Origin: Candidatus Poribacteria bacterium
GTDB taxonomy: Bacteria; Poribacteria; WGA-4E; PCPOR2b
DNA length: 64,000 bases
Assembly (NCBI GenBank): GCA_965116925.1
Contig: OZ220744.1
Coordinates: 960,001 to 1,024,000, forward strand
Direction of reading: 5' to 3'
This document shows positions 10,394-20,298 of this stretch, piece by piece; the first letter of the stretch is position 1, and the number at the start of each line of letters is the position of its first letter. The notes below the pieces were generated by a model. That model was given only the letters and a program-made list of their open reading frames with translations, did no database searches and had not been told where the DNA came from. A program made the translations under genes and the position numbers.

Positions 10394-11224
10394 TTATGTC
10401 ACAGTTGGAAACCCGCTGCCGACGAGAGGTTCGCCGTTGTTGACTTCGATAGTTGGAATCAGGCAATGGTGCGATGCTTGTGCATCGTTGAAACAGACCC
10501 CTTGAGCGTAATAAATTATCACAAAGGCGCGACGTTGCCGATTGGTTGTGTTCTGTGGGGTTGCATGGAAGTTCAGACAGTGGTGGAACATACATTCACC
10601 GGTTGAAAGTTCCACCGGCACGCCGAAGCTAGCGGGACGTTCCTCCATTTTTGCTCGTTCGGTCTTGAGGGTCGGATTTTTTGCCAGCGCCTCTTCCTCT
10701 TTCTTTTTCGCTTCAGGGGAGAAGCGGGGATCTCGGTGGCTGCCGGGAACCACGTGCATACAACCGTTCTCCACAGTGGCATCATCAAGAGCAATCCAGC
10801 AGCTAAGGATTCTTGGGGCGGAAAGGGGCCAGCCGTAGAAATCTTGGTGGAAACGGAAATGACCATTGTCTTGTGGCGGTTTGGAGATGATATGATCATG
10901 CCATAGACGAACCTCCGGCGTTTTCAAAAGTGTCTTAGCGATTCTAGTAATTAGCGGATGCCGCACCGTTTTTTCGTAGTCCTCATCTCGCTTCCACATG
11001 TTGACGTACTGAGTGAGGACCCGTGGCTCATCCTCGGCATCTTTGATAGTGCGGCGATGACCGACGCTGAATTCGACCGATGAATTGTCTCCTCCTGCTA
11101 ATTCGATATCAACAATCCGATCCAACCCATCAATAAGTGCTGTGACCTCATTCTGTTCTAAAACCTTTCCATATCTAAGATAACCGTTCTCATTGAAAAA
11201 TTTTACTTGTTCTTCGGTAACCAT
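10394..11224 (-). CDS. Phytanoyl-CoA dioxygenase (PhyH) family Fe(II)/2OG dioxygenase
   Basis: FFNENGYL, HQD, WIALDDATVENGC..VVPGSH, distal His and RRA. Confidence 0.93.
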   Translation of the reverse strand: MVTEEQVKFFNENGYLRYGKVLEQNEVTALIDGLDRIVDIELAGGDNSSVEFSVGHRRTIKDAEDEPRVLTQYVNMWKRDEDYEKTVRHPLITRIAKTLLKTPEVRLWHDHIISKPPQDNGHFRFHQDFYGWPLSAPRILSCWIALDDATVENGCMHVVPGSHRDPRFSPEAKKKEEEALAKNPTLKTERAKMEERPASFGVPVELSTGECMFHHCLNFHATPQNTTNRQRRAFVIIYYAQGVCFNDAQASHHCLIPTIEVNNGEPLVGSGFPTVT

Positions 11225-11415
11225 TTTTATCCTCCGCTATCTCTGTTGGCTCATGTTGCTGGCACATTGGTAAAATGAGCGTTATTTTTGTTACACTGCC
11301 CCGATTGTATCACACTTCTCATCAACTGTAAATATCGAAGCTTTGGTGGGCAGAAAGCATGATATGGTGGTCAACTTGTAGGGGGAATTCGCGCTGGTGT
11401 CGGGTGTTTGAAGAT

Positions 11416-11444
11416 TTGACAACACGCTCAAGGTAATGTATAAT
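11416..11444 (+). promoter_or_regulatory. Consensus sigma-70 promoter
   Basis: Exact TTGACA-17 bp-TATAAT. Confidence 0.8.
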
Positions 11445-11500
11445 CGGACAAACCGGCAGGAATAAACCGGGATTGATTGGAAAGACATTTATTTCTATTA

Positions 11501-11854
11501 TAGGACTTACGCAGCATGTTCATAAGTCCCCCTGACAAGGGGATTTAGGGGGTTAAAAATCAAAAATCTACCTCCTGTGTGCTAAATTTGTGTAACTCCT
11601 AAATAATTCAAATTATAATCCCAATCTGCAATCAACAGTAAGAATCCCAACCATAAGATGAACACAAATGTAATTGCTTGTAACTGTTTGTAATACGATT
11701 GATGGGCATGATGAAACGTTTCATCCTGAAATAGGGACAATTTTCCCATTTGCGCGGGAAAAATGGGAAAATTTGATTTTCGCAGGCGAAACGTAACCTT
11801 TTTAATCTAACTCATGCTACCTTAACACCTCATCTTTTAACTGCGTAAGTCCTA
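11501..11854. mobile_element. MITE family A (354 bp)
   Basis: Perfect 14-bp TIRs TAGGACTTACGCAG / CTGCGTAAGTCCTA flanked by 5-bp direct repeat TATTA; related copy at 26470. Confidence 0.85.
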
Positions 11855-11888
11855 TATTAAAAGTATACTGTAAGAACGGAGGAGAATC

Positions 11889-12650
11889 ATGGCACAAAAA
11901 AAGGTACTCGTTACCGGGATGAGTGGCTTAATTGGCGGTCTCGTGCGGGACCGCATAGAGGGCAAGTATATTTTAAGCGCATTGAATCGCCGTCCAGTAG
12001 AGGGCGTCGAATGCCATCAAGGCGATATCGCTGACTTGGACGCCATTCGACCCGCTTTTGAGGGGGTTAATGTGGTCGTGCATCTAGCAGCGATGGCGCA
12101 ACCATCGGGCATGACATGGGAAGAATTGTTAAGCGCGAATATCATAGGGTGCTACAACGTCTTTGAGGCATCACGGCAGGCGGGCGTTAAGCGCATAATT
12201 TTCGCTAGCAGCGGGGCAACCGTCAGAAATTGGGATCGCGTATTTCCCTACGACGCAATCGTCGCGGGACGTTACGATGAAGTCCCTGAGACATGGAAAA
12301 AAGTAGATCACGAAACGCCGACGTGGCCCGGGGGACTCTATGGCTGTTCCAAAGTTTTCGGCGAGGCGTTGGCGAGGCATTATACGGACACCTGCGACAT
12401 CTCGATAATCAGTCTGCGCATCGGTGCGGTCACCCGTGAAAATCGTCCGACAGACACACGTGGTTTCTCTGTCTGGTGCAGTCAGCGGGACGTTGCACAG
12501 ATGATCGAAAAATGTATTGAAGCACCTGACAGCGTGAAGTTTGATATTTTCGAGGTTGTGTCCGACAACAAGTGGGCTTACCGCGATATCTCACATGCTC
12601 GTGAGGTAGTTGGATACGAACCGGAGGATGCAGCAGAAGATTACCGCTAG
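11889..12650 (+). CDS. NAD-dependent epimerase/dehydratase family protein, uronate dehydrogenase-like
   Basis: TGMSGLIG Rossmann motif, VVHLAA, ASS, YGCSK, LRIG. Confidence 0.85.
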   Translation: MAQKKVLVTGMSGLIGGLVRDRIEGKYILSALNRRPVEGVECHQGDIADLDAIRPAFEGVNVVVHLAAMAQPSGMTWEELLSANIIGCYNVFEASRQAGVKRIIFASSGATVRNWDRVFPYDAIVAGRYDEVPETWKKVDHETPTWPGGLYGCSKVFGEALARHYTDTCDISIISLRIGAVTRENRPTDTRGFSVWCSQRDVAQMIEKCIEAPDSVKFDIFEVVSDNKWAYRDISHAREVVGYEPEDAAEDYR

Positions 12651-12725
12651 GACGTGTCACATTTTTCTTAGGCATTACTTGTTACGCGCTTCGCGGTTTG
12701 CACTTTTTTAGATAAGCTGCAGCTT

Positions 12726-13796
12726 CTATTGGTATCGATCCACATCGGCGGGTTCAACTATCTCTTTTCCCAAAGAAACATTTAATTTCTCCGCCCACTC
12801 TAGAATCTGCTGATAGGTTGTATCCGGCACATTGACACCATGCGTCAGACGCTGGATACGAGAGCGGTGCTCATAATCGCCGGGAACCAACACCTCATCA
12901 AAACCGGGCGCGGGTGGTATCGACTTTATGCCATCGAGAAATGCACGCACGCCCTGTTGATACGCTTCCAACGGGGTAAATGCGTTGACATTCAACACCT
13001 GTATAAACTGGCCACCTATTGCGCCACGTCCAACGTCGAAATTCCCGCTCAATCCACCAAGCAGACACATCAGCAGCGAGAACGCGTAGCCCTTGTGTTT
13101 GCCAAATGGCAGCAAAAATCCGCCGTCATAAAAGTCCGCCGTTTTGACGCTGGGGTTGCCATCTTTGTCCACAATGCAGCCTTCGGGTAGGTCAACCCCC
13201 CGACTTTGGGCGAACATAATCTTACCGCCGGCGATCATGCTGGTGGCAAAGTCGATGACAAATGGTGCATCATCGCCGGTAGGGACACCAACAGAGATCG
13301 GGTTGGTGCCGAGTGCCCCGCTGGCACCGCCAAAGGGGACAATGTTCCCGCCATCCTTCACACCGTTTCCGTTGGTGGTGATGCCGATGCACCCCGCCCG
13401 CGCGGCTTGCTCTGCGTATTCACCGAGCCGACCGATATGCCCGGTGTGGACAAGAGTCACACTACAGGTGTCAGTCTCTTTCGCTTTCTCAATTGCACGT
13501 TCCATCGCTTTTCGAGCTGTGTGGTGACCGAAACCGTTTCCGCCATCAACGCGCAGAGTGTTGGCAGTTTCGCTGACAAACTCTGGTTCAGCGGCAGGTT
13601 GCGTCCTACCGTCTGCGATACTTTGCAGGTAGCTCGGAATACGAATTACGCCGTGCGAATCGTGCCCGGCGAGGTTTGCATTCACCAAGATCTCCGCTAC
13701 GTTTTTAGCAATGTGGCGGGGCGTGTCTGTCGCCATAAATACCTCTCGCGTCATTGCGTGTAGGTAGCTTGCCTGAAAGGAATGCGTTGTCCCCAT
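12726..13796 (-). CDS. Ldh_2 (malate/L-lactate/ureidoglycolate dehydrogenase type 2) family oxidoreductase
   Basis: GHDSHG, HIGRLG, GTNP, DFATS, FGKHKGY motifs. Confidence 0.92.
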   Translation of the reverse strand: MGTTHSFQASYLHAMTREVFMATDTPRHIAKNVAEILVNANLAGHDSHGVIRIPSYLQSIADGRTQPAAEPEFVSETANTLRVDGGNGFGHHTARKAMERAIEKAKETDTCSVTLVHTGHIGRLGEYAEQAARAGCIGITTNGNGVKDGGNIVPFGGASGALGTNPISVGVPTGDDAPFVIDFATSMIAGGKIMFAQSRGVDLPEGCIVDKDGNPSVKTADFYDGGFLLPFGKHKGYAFSLLMCLLGGLSGNFDVGRGAIGGQFIQVLNVNAFTPLEAYQQGVRAFLDGIKSIPPAPGFDEVLVPGDYEHRSRIQRLTHGVNVPDTTYQQILEWAEKLNVSLGKEIVEPADVDRYQ

Positions 13797-13826
13797 AATA
13801 CTGCCTCCTTTTTCATATTTCTTGTT

Positions 13827-13917
13827 GGCTCATGTTAAGAAATAGTGCAAAGAAACCGAGTTTTCAAGAAAAAACTCGGTTTCTCTTCGCATTTTGCACT
13901 TTCTTTTGATATGAACC
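13827..13917. mobile_element. MITE family B (91 bp)
   Basis: Ends GGCTCATGT / ATATGAACC, 8-bp direct repeat TTCTTGTT on both sides, central REP palindrome; twin at 57153. Confidence 0.85.
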
Positions 13918-13940
13918 TTCTTGTTATCATATCTTACGAA

Positions 13941-14798
13941 TCAATCGGATGAAACCCTATAGAATTGAAGCGCATTGTCCCGGAACAACTTTCTCAACTC
14001 ATCATCTGAACAACCGCTGACCGCCCACTCTAAGGTCTCGACCCATCTCGGATATTCGGTCGCTTGCGCTGCAACGGGCCAATCGCTGCCGTAAATCACA
14101 CGATCAAAACCGAAGCACTCGATTACATGATCTATGTAAGGCTTCAAATCCTCTCGTGTCCACGTTTCAAAATCGGCCTCGGTTACAAGACCGGAGACCT
14201 TACAAAACACGTTAGGGAATTCAGATAGCTCTTTAAGCTCACGTTTCCACGGTTCCAAGAGTTGATCCTTAATGTTCGGTTTGCCGATATGGTCTAATAT
14301 AAACTGGATGTTTGGACACTGCTTGACGAACTGAACGGTATTGGCAAGGTGCCGATGGTAAATGCAGATATCAAAGCTTAACCCGAACTCCTCAAGTGAC
14401 TGTACGCCTCTAATAAAATCGGGCTGTACACAGAATTCGAGGCTTTCCGATTGAATCAAACGACGGATCCCTTTGACCATCGGATTTTCAGAAAGCTGCT
14501 CGAGAAGCGGTCTCGCACCGTCCCCTTTTTCAAGCGGTGCGCCTGCCACAATCCCCCGGATTCTTGGATCTTCTTTCGACAACGATGTGATCCACTCTGC
14601 CTCTTTCAGATTTTCATCGGGATGGGGATCGCACTGCACAAAAATCATTGTTCCAACATCAACCGTCCCGCAAGCGTTTCGGTAGTCCTCTAGCAAATAG
14701 GGTTTGTTCAGAAATGGGACATCTTCAAGCCACGGGTATCTCAGAACGCTCGGATCCCAGAGATGAATGTGTGTATCGACAATTGGAAAATCTGCCAT
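13941..14798 (-). CDS. Amidohydrolase_2 family protein, L-fuconolactonase-like sugar lactonase
   Basis: VDTHIHLWD, LDHIGKP, CKVSGL, YGSDWPV. Confidence 0.88.
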   Translation of the reverse strand: MADFPIVDTHIHLWDPSVLRYPWLEDVPFLNKPYLLEDYRNACGTVDVGTMIFVQCDPHPDENLKEAEWITSLSKEDPRIRGIVAGAPLEKGDGARPLLEQLSENPMVKGIRRLIQSESLEFCVQPDFIRGVQSLEEFGLSFDICIYHRHLANTVQFVKQCPNIQFILDHIGKPNIKDQLLEPWKRELKELSEFPNVFCKVSGLVTEADFETWTREDLKPYIDHVIECFGFDRVIYGSDWPVAAQATEYPRWVETLEWAVSGCSDDELRKLFRDNALQFYRVSSD

Positions 14799-14935
14799 CG
14801 TGTTACTCCTCGCTTAGTCTGCTAATGTTTGAGTTGTGTATTCTTGGATTTATCGGATTTTTGTGCCGATCTTGTTTTGTCCTCAGGCAAAAAGATTGTA
14901 ACACACATGACGAAAAAGGCAATGGAAATTTTCGG

Positions 14936-14964
14936 TTGACAAGCCGTAGCGCTGGTGCTATTAT
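14936..14964 (+). promoter_or_regulatory. Sigma-70 promoter with extended -10
   Basis: TTGACA-17 bp-TATTAT preceded by TGC, upstream of the 15025-17021 operon. Confidence 0.65.
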
Positions 14965-15024
14965 GTCGCAAAGGTAATCTTGATTTTGCGAGCACTTAGT
15001 TACCAACAATAGAGAGGGAAAAAC

Positions 15025-15435
15025 ATGGCAACAAATTCGACCGATTCGCTTCAGGGAACATCACGCAAACGAATACCACTTATCACCAAAGTGCTCGCGG
15101 TTCTCCTCGTGCTGTTGCTGATTTTCTTTTTTTTGCAGTGGTATTTGATAACAGGGCTATTCAGTTTTGCTGCCGATCTTATGAAGGCTCAACTGATACA
15201 GCAGGCACCCGATGGTGTTGATGCAGAAGCAATTAAAGCAACATTCGATCGAGTCGAACAAGCGATGCAGGCTATGCCGTTGAGTTATTTGCGAGGACAG
15301 GTGCGCTTGAGGAAAGTTAGAATTGCGATAGATTATGCGTCGAAGGCGACCGAAGATGGACTGTGGAGTGCGGAGGAAATTAACACTTTGCTGAAAATGA
15401 CGGATGCGGCTGTGGGATACCAAGGAAAGGAATAG
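15025..15435 (+). CDS. Hypothetical single-pass membrane protein
   Basis: RBS GAGGG, basic residues then a long hydrophobic helix; tightly spaced with the next gene. Confidence 0.75.
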   Translation: MATNSTDSLQGTSRKRIPLITKVLAVLLVLLLIFFFLQWYLITGLFSFAADLMKAQLIQQAPDGVDAEAIKATFDRVEQAMQAMPLSYLRGQVRLRKVRIAIDYASKATEDGLWSAEEINTLLKMTDAAVGYQGKE

Positions 15436-15441
15436 TAGTGG

Positions 15442-16203
15442 ATGAAAGAATTGACAGATCCTTACGAAAAATTTGCGTATCCCTATGACCGCATGATGGC
15501 GAATGTTAACTATGTTCGTTGGGCAAGCTATATTGAGGACCTCTTCAAGCATTATAAATCTGAGCCGCGAAAGATTTTAGAGGTCGCCTGCGGCACGGGG
15601 GCGTTGACAGTATTGATGGAGGAGCGGGGGTACGAAATGTGCGGCTTAGACCGCGCCGAGGGAATGCTGACCGTTGCGCGTCAAAAGGCGGAGGAGCGTT
15701 GGCTAAATATCCCATTTATGCGTGGGGATATGCGCGATTTCGATCTTCAGGAGCGGTTTGACGCAGTGCTTTGTGTCTACGATAGTATCAACTATGCGGT
15801 CGATGAAGCCGAACTTGAGGCGGTTTTCCGGGCGGTTTCAAACCATTTAGTTCCGTCCGGGTTGTTTATCTTCGATGTTACCACTGAGCGGAATATCGTT
15901 CAACACTTCCACGGGCAGACATTTTCGGAAAACCATCCTGACTACTCCTATACGTGGAAAAATATGTATACCTATCACGATAAGATTTGCCGGACGGCAC
16001 TTACCTTCTTTATCCGTGAAGGGGAACTCTTTCGCCGTTTTGAAGAGGTTCACATCCAGAAAATTTTTGAGGTCGGCACCGTCAAAAAGCTGTTGAAACA
16101 GACTGGATACAAGATGCTCAGTGCGTATGATATGTACACTTTTAGCAGGTGGAATCGACATTCCGATCGGATCAATTTTACCGCCCGCAAAGAGGAGGCA
16201 TGA
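15442..16203 (+). CDS. Class I SAM-dependent methyltransferase
   Basis: ILEVACGTG motif I, GDMRDF, YDSINY, GLFIFD. Confidence 0.92.
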   Translation: MKELTDPYEKFAYPYDRMMANVNYVRWASYIEDLFKHYKSEPRKILEVACGTGALTVLMEERGYEMCGLDRAEGMLTVARQKAEERWLNIPFMRGDMRDFDLQERFDAVLCVYDSINYAVDEAELEAVFRAVSNHLVPSGLFIFDVTTERNIVQHFHGQTFSENHPDYSYTWKNMYTYHDKICRTALTFFIREGELFRRFEEVHIQKIFEVGTVKKLLKQTGYKMLSAYDMYTFSRWNRHSDRINFTARKEEA

Positions 16204-17021
16204 GGATGACCGATGAGAAAGCAGCCATGACCGTCGAATCAGCACTGTTACATCTGCAAATCAATGGCTGGTGCGTGGTTGAAGATGTCATTCCCGAAGA
16301 TAAGGTGGATGCAATACGCGAAAGCGTCGAGCAAACAGTCGAGGTACACGGGACTTACACCGGTGTCGAAGGGGTAGGGACTCGAAAAGGTTTGCTCGCA
16401 TTCAATCAGTCGTTCGCGCCTTACCTTGCCGACAAACGCGTATTGGGGATCGCCGAAGCGTTATTCGGACCGCATGTACGCATCTCTTTTACAACGGCAC
16501 ATATCAACTACCCGGGCAATGTACGTGGCGCGCTACATTCGGATTGGCCCTTCAATCAAAACAACGCCGGGCATATACCCGCTCCATATCCTGATGCGGT
16601 CATACACCTGACCACATTGTGGATGCTCTCGCCATTTACACATGAAACCGGCGGCACCCTGGTTGTGCCGGGCAGCCACCGGTCCCCGAACAACCCATCA
16701 GGAAATAACGGCATTGATCCTCTTGAGCCTTATCCCACTGAGATGCAAGCGACGGGGGAGGCGGGCAGTGTGTTGATACTTGATAGCCGGACATGGCATG
16801 CGACTGCACCCAACAAAACCGATAGACCGCGCGTCGGGATGGCAGTGCGTTATGCGCCATGGTGGCTCAATCTTGACGTATTGATGCCCGGCTCAGATGA
16901 GAGAGCGCGCATAGTGGACGAGACGGGAGGAAATGAAAATGAGGTTGCAGCGGTTTCCCCTGTGATTTACGAAGCACTACCGGAGGAGGTCAAACCGCTC
17001 TATCGGCATTGGGTAAGGTAG
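16200..17021 (+). CDS. PhyH family dioxygenase
   Basis: HSD, GGTLVVPGSH, WHAT..N....R; ATGA overlap with the methyltransferase stop and RBS GAGGAGG. Confidence 0.9.
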   Translation: MRMTDEKAAMTVESALLHLQINGWCVVEDVIPEDKVDAIRESVEQTVEVHGTYTGVEGVGTRKGLLAFNQSFAPYLADKRVLGIAEALFGPHVRISFTTAHINYPGNVRGALHSDWPFNQNNAGHIPAPYPDAVIHLTTLWMLSPFTHETGGTLVVPGSHRSPNNPSGNNGIDPLEPYPTEMQATGEAGSVLILDSRTWHATAPNKTDRPRVGMAVRYAPWWLNLDVLMPGSDERARIVDETGGNENEVAAVSPVIYEALPEEVKPLYRHWVR

Positions 17022-17036
17022 CAGCAAGAGACACCT

Positions 17037-17384
17037 TCACTCCGCATTCAGAGCGTCTATCGCTTCTTCTTCACTATCAAACGGTTCAAATTGTTCGACT
17101 AGCTTGCTCCGAATCATGAGATTTTGGATGTTCGGGCCGACGTTGATGAGTGCAACCAGCCCCCCTTTCTTTTCGATGGATACGTATGCCCCCGTTAAGG
17201 CACCAAGTCCTGAACTTCCCATGATTGTGACACGGGCGAAGTCTACCAGGAATTTGGGGGTTCCAGTACAACTGGCGATCTGTTCATCAAATGCCTTTTT
17301 GAATTCAAGGGCGGCGAGTCCAAAAATCTTACCGCTCGGTTCCAAAATAGTAACACCTTCTCGATGGCGGATATTAACTGCCAT
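17037..17384 (-). CDS. STAS domain anti-sigma factor antagonist
   Basis: VDFARV...GSSGLG phospho-serine motif, FDSEEEAI C-terminus, 115 aa. Confidence 0.88.
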   Translation of the reverse strand: MAVNIRHREGVTILEPSGKIFGLAALEFKKAFDEQIASCTGTPKFLVDFARVTIMGSSGLGALTGAYVSIEKKGGLVALINVGPNIQNLMIRSKLVEQFEPFDSEEEAIDALNAE

Positions 17385-17651
17385 AAATCTCTCCTAATAT
17401 GGCACAACTCGTATTGATCATAAGTTAAAAGTAGATTGGGTTGAATGACACCGATAAAAAATACCAACCATTACACTGAGATTTCGGTGTTCGATTTTGC
17501 CTGAAATTACCCCAATCTACGAGTGAAACTCAACAGTAAAACCAATGGACAACGGTTTTCACGTTTCACTCTAGCTTGTAAGGCTGCTGCGCCCGGTAAG
17601 CCGGACGCAGAAGATATAACGTTGATGTTCTAAAGCTGGGTTACAAATGGG

Positions 17652-18086
17652 CTATTCGCTAGCACTAGACCGCAACAGGTGAGCCCCCATCGCGCCGCTC
17701 AACAACGGGTTTATCGCGTCAAAGATAATCCATACCAGTGATCGAACGTCAGCACTAACAGCGGTAAAATCTTGCCCGGCACCGCTAATGCCGAACCAGT
17801 TCCAAAAGAAGAGTATGGCTGAAAACAGGAATCCATAGAATAACGCGTTGGCAGCTATGAACTCTGGACCACTAGCATTCTCACCGGCACGGCTCATGCG
17901 AATGTAGCTGAATATCAATCCCAATATTATTGAGATAGCGGAGAGCCAATTAATCCAATTCCAAGCACTGCTGTACGGTTGAGCGTCGCTGGAAGTGTGG
18001 TAAACCGGCTCGATGACTGTGTGGATGGCAACTATTGCCGCAATCAGAATCAGGACAACACCTATGACTCGCTTTAAGGCTTCCAT
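17652..18086 (-). CDS. Hypothetical four-TM membrane protein
   Basis: Four hydrophobic segments, RBS AAGGAG. Confidence 0.75.
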   Translation of the reverse strand: MEALKRVIGVVLILIAAIVAIHTVIEPVYHTSSDAQPYSSAWNWINWLSAISIILGLIFSYIRMSRAGENASGPEFIAANALFYGFLFSAILFFWNWFGISGAGQDFTAVSADVRSLVWIIFDAINPLLSGAMGAHLLRSSASE

Positions 18087-18236
18087 GAAAATTTTCTCCT
18101 TTCCCTTATTGGGTTAGCTAAATTCTGTTCCAAGAAACAAAATTGGGAATCTCATTTCATCTACGCCTTATAGGATTACTTCCTACGATAGCGGCGATTT
18201 TAACCGCTCTCTTAAGAGGCTTGGATCGGTGTCTCG

Positions 18237-18557
18237 CTACTGGATGACCGACCGAGGAGTCGCTTCAAGGCGTGTGACTTTGATCTGCGAACGATCCATC
18301 ATATCAGGAATTTTGGGAGCGATTTCATTCTTCCAAGTGTCGCTTTCATAGACAGCGTCATACAACTGTTCCCGCTGCGCCTCACTCTCAAATCGGCGAA
18401 TCCAAACGTACAGATCTTTTTCTTCCTCGCCAACAAAGCTTCCCAAAATTACCATCCCTTTCGAGACCTGAAAGGGAATAATCACCTCCTCCATATAATT
18501 AACCCAGTTCTCCTCCTGCCCGGGTCTCATTCGATACTGCCGAAGCTCAAAGAACAT
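18237..18557 (-). CDS. NIPSNAP family protein
   Basis: FFELRQY...PG, YVWIRRF, 106 aa. Confidence 0.88.
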   Translation of the reverse strand: MFFELRQYRMRPGQEENWVNYMEEVIIPFQVSKGMVILGSFVGEEEKDLYVWIRRFESEAQREQLYDAVYESDTWKNEIAPKIPDMMDRSQIKVTRLEATPRSVIQ

Positions 18558-18743
18558 AACTCTCTCCTTGCATGTTATGGGTCACGACTGTGCCCTCATG
18601 TGGTGCCGTTGGCAAATTATCTTTGCTTGTTATTATGACCTGTCAACGCTAACGAACGTCAACTTTCACCAATATTATACCAGTTTTTCATTGCGATGTG
18701 TAAAAAAAATCCCGGTTCAATGGCTCCGCTAATCTTTTGGAAT

Positions 18744-18963
18744 TATAGCAGATTTTAGAATTAATGGTACACGCCAAACCGGTGCGGTTTGATGAAGTTT
18801 AAGTATTTAAATCGGTAATCCCTATTTTCCTCGAAACATACGGTAGGCGCGGTTTTCAACCGCGCCGGTGTCGCTAGCAAATTACCGAATTATTTTTTTA
18901 ATTTTCATCAAACCGCACCTACCGGGGGGCGCGAGTGTTTCTTTATTTTTGGAATTCACTATA
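18744..18963. mobile_element. MITE family C (TATAGTG-ended) with nested insertion
   Basis: Ends TATAGCAGATTTTAGAATTAATG ... GAATTCACTATA shared with copies at 39011, 50217 and 52699. Confidence 0.8.
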
Positions 18964-18979
18964 AACGTGAAACGAGCAT

Positions 18980-19008
18980 AAAAAAAGCCCGAGCATATCA
19001 CTCGGGCT
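18980..19008 (-). terminator. Intrinsic terminator of the prenyltransferase-repeat gene
   Basis: Minus strand AGCCCGAG-TGATATG-CTCGGGCT followed by a T tract, 20 nt after the stop. Confidence 0.8.
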
Positions 19009-19028
19009 GTAATGAGGATTGATTCAGG

Positions 19029-20120
19029 TTATTCAGGGTAAGCCGTTGCAAGGGCTATCACTGCATACGAAGTGACAAGCACCTTATCTCGTTCCATCCA
19101 ACGACTGTTCTCGTTGACCCACCAGCCTTCAGGGTTTTGTTCATCGATCAATTTTTCGGCGAGCTCTCTGTACCAATCGTGAGAAACCCCCTTCGCATCG
19201 ACAATGGTAGATTCACCGTAAGTCTTTAGTGCCTTTGCCATTGTATGGTAATTGTAGAAGAGCCCCTGCTGCTCCATACCGTAATTTTCCTCAACTGTAA
19301 AATGTTTCATGATCCAGTCCACTGCGCTTTGTACGCGGGGATCATCTTTGTCAACATCGGCGTAGATGAAACTCAACAGTCCAGCGTAGGTCATGCTGGC
19401 ATAGGATCGGTGATCACCCGCTTTACTCTCGCCGTCAGGGGCATAGATAAAACCGCCATCGTCCCCCGCCCAATCTTGATCGTTGGTCTCACTGCGATTC
19501 TGACATCTTTCGAGGAATTTAACCGCTTTGTCCCACACCTCCGGGTCATCGGACCCGCTCTCCTTGAGCGCCTGTATAGCGAGACTCATATTAGATAGGT
19601 CGTGCACACTTTCCCGACTCCCATAACCGATCCCCCCAAAGTAGACCTCGCTTTCATCCGTCACCTGAAGACTTTTGATGAACTCCTGCGCCTTGGCAAT
19701 TGCCTCGTCATATTCCGGATTCTTTGCGGAGGAGAGTGCCATGAGCGAAACAGAGGTATTATAATTCGGCAGCGCGGGTTGCATCTCAACGTTATAGATC
19801 CCACCGTTGGGTTGCTGCATCGCCAGCAACACTTTAATGGCTTTCTGAATGAAGGGGTTATTCGCTTCCGCATACTGGTTATGTGGATGCCGCAGAAAAG
19901 CTGTGAGTGCCAATCCTGTTATACCGGGGTGATGCCTAAACAGTCCACTGTCCTCCTGCTGCATTTTCAGCCATTCCAATCCTTGATTGATTGCTGCTAG
20001 CACTCTCGGATTCAGATCTTGGTAATCAGAGCCGCCGTGGTTATGTGCATACAGGGGTTGGCTCAAGAGGATGAGCGCGAATAAAACGATTGTGTATTTG
20101 TGTCCGTTTGTCAATTTCAT
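19029..20120 (-). CDS. Exported prenyltransferase/squalene oxidase repeat protein
   Basis: Signal peptide; QW-like repeats (GLEWLKMQQEDSG, QQPNGG, DDGGFIY, QNPEGWW). Confidence 0.85.
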   Translation of the reverse strand: MKLTNGHKYTIVLFALILLSQPLYAHNHGGSDYQDLNPRVLAAINQGLEWLKMQQEDSGLFRHHPGITGLALTAFLRHPHNQYAEANNPFIQKAIKVLLAMQQPNGGIYNVEMQPALPNYNTSVSLMALSSAKNPEYDEAIAKAQEFIKSLQVTDESEVYFGGIGYGSRESVHDLSNMSLAIQALKESGSDDPEVWDKAVKFLERCQNRSETNDQDWAGDDGGFIYAPDGESKAGDHRSYASMTYAGLLSFIYADVDKDDPRVQSAVDWIMKHFTVEENYGMEQQGLFYNYHTMAKALKTYGESTIVDAKGVSHDWYRELAEKLIDEQNPEGWWVNENSRWMERDKVLVTSYAVIALATAYPE

Positions 20121-20186
20121 GTCCTATAATCTCCGTTATGTTTGAGTGACGGGTAAGCGCACCTTATATCCGCGCACCTAAATTTG

Positions 20187-20203
20187 AGCAAATCCTGTGC
20201 CAA
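20187..20203 (-). promoter_or_regulatory. Sigma-54 (-24/-12) promoter
   Basis: Minus strand TTGGCACAGGATTTGCT matches TGGCAC-N5-TTGC, about 67 nt before the ATG at 20120. Confidence 0.75.
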
Positions 20204-20298
20204 TTGCTGAATACTGTATCTATTGAATTTTGCAGGGATATCCTTCGGTCTAGTGTTCAATAAATGAACGGGGGTGTTCATTAAATGGTCAAGTGTCT

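Noticed and set aside
19029..20120. Squalene-hopene cyclase
   Set aside because: About half the expected length, has a signal peptide and lacks DxDD.
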